From IMG/VR virus record IMGVR_UViG_3300046171_000252, positions 1 through 64,000 of that record: 64,000 bases of DNA; one strand, written 5' to 3'. Positions 59,019 to 64,000 of this stretch are shown in pieces. Below the pieces are notes generated by a model, which did not search any database, was not told the DNA's origin, and saw only the letters and a list, made by a program, of their open reading frames with translations. The position numbers and the translations under genes are program-made. Numbering within the stretch: position 1 is the stretch's first letter; every line of letters begins with the position of its first letter.

Positions 59019-59283
59019 TAATAATAATAAGGAAGAGTTTCCTACAATTAAGGAACAAGGAAAGAGTCTTGCAAAGTTTACATTTGAAGTGGTTAAGGAT
59101 AGTGTATTCAATCTATCACCAGGAGAAGTATTCGCAAGTGATGAATTAAAGAAAGAACGATTGGATATATGTAAGAAGTGTGAGTATTATAGTATGAGAC
59201 AGAATAGATGTAAACACTGTGGTTGTTGGTTAGAACATAAGGTTAAGTTCAAGGTAAGTGAGTGTCCTATCTACAAATGGTGA
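59011..59283 (+). CDS. Second Cys-rich small protein (DUF6171-like)
   Basis: RLDICKKC...CKHCGCWL..K....CP..KW. Confidence 0.7.
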   Translation: MDDNNNKEEFPTIKEQGKSLAKFTFEVVKDSVFNLSPGEVFASDELKKERLDICKKCEYYSMRQNRCKHCGCWLEHKVKFKVSECPIYKW

Positions 59284-59540
59284 ATGATAATGAATGCTTG
59301 GTGAGAGAGGTAATTAAGGTATGGAAGTATACTCTGGGTAGTTTTAATGATGAAAAGACTGAGAGATATGATAATATTATTTGTATTCTAAGAACGGGTA
59401 TATTACTGACTTATCTGTTGACGAATGTCTTTATTGTGGCAGGAGTGGTGAGACATTGGGACACTTCGCGTCCCTCACCCCTTCGGGATTGGAATCAGAG
59501 TAAAAGTGTATCCATTGATACAGAATACATTAAAAAATAG
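59280..59540 (+). CDS. Hypothetical membrane protein
   Basis: KVWKYTLGSFNDEKT, hydrophobic segment. Confidence 0.55.
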   Translation: MNDNECLVREVIKVWKYTLGSFNDEKTERYDNIICILRTGILLTYLLTNVFIVAGVVRHWDTSRPSPLRDWNQSKSVSIDTEYIKK

Positions 59541-59584
59541 GTTTTAAATAGTATTATAAATATAAAACTGTTTTTTAACAAGGT

Positions 59585-59645
59585 TGTGGAAAAGTGTATT
59601 ATTTGTGTGGATAAACCCTAATATTAGATGTTTATCTGTGGAAAA
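59585..59645 (-). other. Cluster of three DnaA-box-like 9-mers beside an AT-rich tract
   Basis: TGTGGATAA 59606-59614 (TTATCCACA on minus strand); TGTGGAAAA at 59585 and 59637. Confidence 0.45.
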
Positions 59646-59891
59646 CTATGAGTATAGTATCTTCTAAGTATCTTCTAAACATCAGATCTTATGCAAGTTT
59701 AGCGAGCGTATCATGGAGAGCGCGGTTTGTCAACCCACGGGGCGCGAAATTTTTCTCGACGAGATATAAATTGTAACATAAAGACATCTTATAGTATAAA
59801 TATATTGATTATAAATCTCGTCTAGATCTTACACTTGACATAGAACGAGATTACATGATATAATCATACAATAGATATCTCGACGAGAACC

Positions 59892-60071
59892 ATGAACGAC
59901 TACGAGACATTCTACATATGGGACTACGAGACATCATGTCATGATACTCGCGACGAGATGTATATGCTCGACGAGATGCATCATGATACACAATACACAT
60001 ATGATCTAGATGATGAATATGCACGAGATAGCACAGACTATCAAGCACTTGCATATAGACATTACGCATGA
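59892..60071 (+). CDS. Small acidic hypothetical protein, 59 aa
   Basis: Manually translated ...DLDDEYARDSTDYQALAYRHYA; TTGACA-N18-TATAAT upstream at 59835-59864. Confidence 0.5.
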   Translation: MNDYETFYIWDYETSCHDTRDEMYMLDEMHHDTQYTYDLDDEYARDSTDYQALAYRHYA

Positions 60072-60101
60072 TATAATACGTAAACATCACACGAGATACA
60101 C

Positions 60102-60254
60102 ATGTACGCACAGAAACGAATTGTGAGTGTTACATTAGACATTGAGTGTTATGAAGATCTAGATGTAGAGAATATCGATTGGACTGATATTCTAGGTCTA
60201 GAAGGTGATGAACATATTGACATTAGTATAAAAGAAACAGTTAACAACTACTAG
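60102..60254 (+). CDS. Small hypothetical protein, 50 aa
   Basis: Manually translated. Confidence 0.55.
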   Translation: MYAQKRIVSVTLDIECYEDLDVENIDWTDILGLEGDEHIDISIKETVNNY

Positions 60255-60403
60255 TGTGTCAGTTTGTAGATTGGCACACTTAAACTAGTGTCTTGTGGCA
60301 ATCGAACTAGTGTCACACGGTTTTGGCACAGACCTGAAAATCGTGTATTGTTATTTTTGTGGGTCGAAAATGTTACCTACTTCCCCACAAATTCTTTTCA
60401 CAA

Positions 60404-60622
60404 ATGAACAACACAATTCTCGTAATTCTTCACACTTTGAACATTCTGGCATTCGTGATAGAAATTGCCACAGAATCTGCAGTTCGTGTCATCGCACTTG
60501 CAATTGTCCTGGGTGAGTATACCTGGACCGGCGCACAAGTTCTTTACAACAATCGTCGTGAAATCCTGGAGAACATTAACATTTTTCGTGAGACCGTTGG
60601 ATCTTACTTTGTGTATGCATGA
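60404..60622 (+). CDS. Hypothetical protein
   Basis: Follows promoter copy 7. Confidence 0.6.
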   Translation: MNNTILVILHTLNILAFVIEIATESAVRVIALAIVLGEYTWTGAQVLYNNRREILENINIFRETVGSYFVYA

Positions 60623-60717
60623 TAAGTAACACCATGTGCCAAAAGTACTAGTGGCACAGTAAATGAGCACAGACCCCAAAATCGTGTATTGTAGTTAAGT
60701 CATCAGGAATTCACCAA

Positions 60718-60957
60718 ATGCAAGGTTACAACGGTTGGGCAAATTGGGAGACCTGGAATGTTGCTCTCTGGATCGGAAATGATCCTGGTTTGTATGAACT
60801 GGCATGTGAAACTGCAAGGGATGGTGGAACTTATGGTCATCTGGTGAGTATGATTCACGATTGTGGAAGTAAAGAAACACCAGACGGATGTAAGTGGGAC
60901 GATATAAAGATAGACGGAATACGGATAAATGAAATGATGAAAGAACTTGTAGACTAA
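60718..60957 (+). CDS. Conserved phage hypothetical protein (YNGW.NWETW family)
   Basis: YNGWANWETWNVALWIGND; follows promoter copy 8. Confidence 0.75.
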   Translation: MQGYNGWANWETWNVALWIGNDPGLYELACETARDGGTYGHLVSMIHDCGSKETPDGCKWDDIKIDGIRINEMMKELVD

Positions 60958-60999
60958 GTAACCCTTACTCAACTCACACTAACTAACACTTTTTTTCAA

Positions 61000-61149
61000 A
61001 TGGATTACGACACTTTCGACACTGACATTTTCTCTGAGATTAATGACATGCCCGGAGAGATTTATGATGTGATTGAATACAAGGAAGAATATGAAGATGA
61101 TAAGAAGTTTGATGTAGAAAAATATATTGAAGGAAATACAGACTACTAA
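61000..61149 (+). CDS. Small acidic hypothetical protein, 49 aa
   Basis: Manually translated. Confidence 0.5.
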   Translation: MDYDTFDTDIFSEINDMPGEIYDVIEYKEEYEDDKKFDVEKYIEGNTDY

Positions 61150-61185
61150 GTAACACTCACTCATTCACCCCTATTTGATACTACC

Positions 61186-61341
61186 ATGACCGAACTTGAA
61201 ATGCAAGCAATTGAAGTCCTTGAAATCGTTGAGGATTCAGTAGAATACATTTGTGGCGAACATGTTATCAGTGGAGAAAAGGTCTGGACTATGGTAGCAG
61301 CACTTGCCGATGCCAAACTTGCACAATTCCCTGATAATTGA
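61186..61341 (+). CDS. Small hypothetical protein, 51 aa
   Basis: Manually translated. Confidence 0.55.
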   Translation: MTELEMQAIEVLEIVEDSVEYICGEHVISGEKVWTMVAALADAKLAQFPDN

Positions 61342-61455
61342 GAGACTAAGTAACACAAACCATTCGGCCGCCCGTGGACGGTTGAGTTAGTGTCACACGA
61401 TTTTGGCACTACCCTCAAAACCGTGTATTGTAGAAGGGTGAAAGAAATCAACCAA

Positions 61456-61671
61456 ATGCAGACCTACACCGACCCTTGCACCTATGCCATGCAAAGTGAC
61501 ATGCGCCAACTGAAAGAGATGATCGCATCAGACCTTGCAAACTACATGCTGGAAATGATGCCACCACTTGACATGTGCGTCGATTGGGTATGTGATCGTT
61601 TTGCACTGAATGCAACCGACGAACTGATTGATTTCGTTGCTGATTGTCATGATGAGTTCTTCGGTAACTGA
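61456..61671 (+). CDS. Hypothetical protein
   Basis: Follows promoter copy 9. Confidence 0.6.
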   Translation: MQTYTDPCTYAMQSDMRQLKEMIASDLANYMLEMMPPLDMCVDWVCDRFALNATDELIDFVADCHDEFFGN

Positions 61672-62035
61672 TACAAACCTATGAAATTTACCATCGTTAA
61701 GTTCAAAGGTCGTTGGGTCAAAGTATCCAACAAACTATCACCCCCGACTGAATGGGTTACAGTCATCAACAAAGCAAACCTTAAGTAACACAAACTCATG
61801 CGTATTTGTCTTTCTGCCATTGTGATTTTGTTGGGTGCCAATCTTCTCATCGATTTGTTAGATTCTGATATGGTACAAATCATGCAAGAGCGTAACGAAA
61901 CAATCCAGCGCAGCATAGACCGCATGTGACAGTCGGACTAGTGCCACACGGTTTCGTTTTGGACCTTAAAACCGTGTATTGTATAGAAGTGGAGGGGACA
62001 ACGCCCGCCACACGCTCTAAACCTCTTCTCTTCTC

Positions 62036-62362
62036 ATGCGTAAAATCGAAACCCAGATGAACGCCGCCATCCAGGCAAACCAAGACTGGAAGTCGGGCAA
62101 CACTCAGGTGATCACCATTGAGGGTGTGAGTTTCGTCTATCTCCACGGCAATCAGATCGCGACAGTCGATGAAGACTCCATGACCATCTTCGATGGCGGT
62201 TGGCAGTCGGTCACCACCAAATCCCGTCTCAACGCTCTCTGTGATGCGTTCGGTTATTCTGGCGAGAGCGTATTCCAGAAGAACTGGACCTGGTTCGTCC
62301 GTCTCTGGACTGGCACCGAATTCCATACCACCGAGTTCCGGAACGGGATGCGCCTCGCCTGA
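62036..62362 (+). CDS. Conserved phage hypothetical protein
   Basis: VYLHGNQIA, GWQSVTTKSRLNAL; GC-richer than its neighbours. Confidence 0.75.
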   Translation: MRKIETQMNAAIQANQDWKSGNTQVITIEGVSFVYLHGNQIATVDEDSMTIFDGGWQSVTTKSRLNALCDAFGYSGESVFQKNWTWFVRLWTGTEFHTTEFRNGMRLA

Positions 62363-62403
62363 TACAAACCTCCCTCTAATCCTTCAAAATCCTAATTCAC
62401 AAC

Positions 62404-63316
62404 ATGACAAAAAATCTTCACATCGAACATCCCGAAGACACAATCCTTACCGGAGATACTTCGTTTTTAGTATCTCTCAAACTGAAGGGTGATTTATCAG
62501 TGAAGATTGACGGCGCTCCTGCCATCGTATGGGGGACTAATCCTGCATCGGGTGAGTTCTTCGTCGGGACCAAATCCGTATTTAATAAGGTAAAGATCAA
62601 AATCAACGAATCGCATCAGGACATTGATGCGAACCACACGGGAGAGGTTGCAACAATTCTGCATAAGTGCTTCGACTATCTACCACGGGTCGGGGGTATT
62701 ATTCAGGGGGACTTCATCGGATTCGGTGGTGCTGATGAATACACACCGAACACAATCACGTATAAGTTCGATGACACCGTAAGCGAGGAAATCATCGTCG
62801 CGCCGCATACTCTCTACACGGCAGAATCCGACCTACGTGATGCCGTGGCAGAACCGCTAAGGTTCATGATTACCGATACAGTTTATTGTAAGTTCGTGTT
62901 CCCTAAGGCATACATCTGGAGCGGTCAGTATGATGACGGATTGGATCAGTTTGAGATTCCTCTCGTCATAGACTTGATTCGTCAGGTATATGATAAGACC
63001 GTGTTCGTAAGTGATAGAGACGCAGCACAGAATCAAGCAAAATGTGAATAAGTCAATTCGCGAAGGTTATCCTATGACGAATGAGGACTTCATGGGCAAT
63101 GAATCACTTATGCACCTCTACGGGTTGATGATAGTTTTGAAAGAAGAGTTGATGAATCAGTGCCGCAATGTAGGTCCTGAGGCATACCTCGGTCAGGACA
63201 GAATCGATGGTGAGGGTTATGTCTACTCCACTGAGTTAGGTACATATAAGTTGGTTAATCGTCAGCAGTTTTCTGTTGCTAACTTCAACAACACTAAGTT
63301 CACAACAGTCGCATAA
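62404..63316 (+). CDS. Conserved phage protein (DUF6267-like), split by a +1 frameshift near 63027
   Basis: NLHIEHPED, SVKIDGAPAIVWG, GTKSVFNK, QGDF; second ORF has EGYV...YKLVNR..FS.ANF; the span of 913 nt is 304 codons plus 1. Confidence 0.65.
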
Positions 63317-63337
63317 TCAGTCGTTCGTGAATACAGC

Positions 63338-63363
63338 AGTCCCCCCGTTAAAGGGGGGGCGTT
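63338..63363. terminator. GC-rich hairpin, probable terminator
   Basis: CCCCCC-gttaaa-GGGGGG after the last early gene. Confidence 0.5.
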
Positions 63364-63475
63364 TATAAAAACCCATGACTCCCCTAACCTACAAAGGTTT
63401 CCAAGAGCGCGATAAAATTCCAAGGCACATAAAATTTTTTTTCGCTATATAAAATCAAGTGTAAGGTTCGCGTAT

Positions 63476-63652
63476 ATGCAAAAAAATTCCGAGAAAATTT
63501 TTAGTGAAGTAGAGGTCGATCCTGTGACTGGAGATTATTATGTAACGGTGCCCGAAGTAATTTTGAATGAGATGCAATGGTATGAGGGCACTACTTTAAG
63601 GTGGTTAGTGGATGGAGATGAGATTGTCTTAGCAGAAGAAAAGAGCTCTTGA
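63476..63652 (+). CDS. AbrB/SpoVT-like DNA-binding small protein, 58 aa
   Basis: Manually translated YYVTVPEVILNEMQWYEGTTLRWLVDGDEIVL. Confidence 0.6.
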   Translation: MQKNSEKIFSEVEVDPVTGDYYVTVPEVILNEMQWYEGTTLRWLVDGDEIVLAEEKSS

Positions 63653-63677
63653 CAATCGCTATATAATGTTGTATGAT
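63649..63677 (+). promoter_or_regulatory. Sigma70-type promoter TTGACA-N17-TATGAT
   Basis: Near-consensus; 22 nt upstream of ATG 63700. Confidence 0.75.
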
Positions 63678-63699
63678 TCGAAAGTAAATTGTTATTCTT

Positions 63700-64000
63700 A
63701 TGGCAAAGGGATTCACAGTAAAGGCAAAAACGCCGGTCAAAAAAACTGCAGAGTGGGATTACGATAAAGCAAAAGAGATGGTAAGAGGAAAGGCAATTGT
63801 CTTTTGTCTTCCTGGGAGAGGATGTTCTTATGCGTATCTAAAGAATTTTGTACAACTTTGTTTTGACTTAGTACAATCGGGAGCAAGCATCCAGATTTCG
63901 CAGGACTACTCGTCCATGGTTAACTTTGCAAGATGCAAGTGTCTTGGAGCAAATGTATTGCGTGGTCCGGACCAATTGCCCTGGGACGGAAAATTAAAGT
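63700..64000 (+). CDS. Conserved cyanophage protein, possible GT-A fold, 3'-truncated by the window edge
   Basis: Manually translated MAKGFTVKAK...IVFCLPGRGCSY...SSMVNFARCKCLGANVLRG; open to the window end. Confidence 0.7.
   Translation, partial: MAKGFTVKAKTPVKKTAEWDYDKAKEMVRGKAIVFCLPGRGCSYAYLKNFVQLCFDLVQSGASIQISQDYSSMVNFARCKCLGANVLRGPDQLPWDGKLK

Overview
This window is 64 kb of a T4-like marine cyanomyophage (Kyanoviridae-like). The evidence is T4 core genes (gp32, gp33, gp59, gp4, gp48, gp53, gp26, gp51, gp5-like) together with cyanophage accessory genes (CP12, PhoH, ThyX, glutaredoxin, DUF4278, DUF1825, several 2OG-Fe(II) oxygenases). Layout: (1) 1-14.6 kb is an accessory locus with two paralogous ~1570-aa proteins, each built of 30 Kelch-like blades (5 x 6), interleaved with 2OG-Fe(II) oxygenases, a sulfotransferase and an O-carbamoyltransferase. 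(2) 14.6-22 kb holds structured RNAs (tandem glutamine-riboswitch-like aptamers, one enclosing an ORF) plus nucleotide and replication genes. (3) 22-45.2 kb is the baseplate, tail and fibre module. (4) 45.3-64 kb is an early, hyperplastic region of small ORFs driven by ten copies of a palindrome plus -10 promoter element. It includes a MutH/Sau3AI-like nuclease and Dam-like methylase cassette bounded by identical 84-bp direct repeats, a gp38-like adhesin flanked by oxygenases, and a DnaA-box cluster. Five single-base frameshifts split four genes and may be assembly errors. All family assignments come from motif recognition by eye; no database searches were run.
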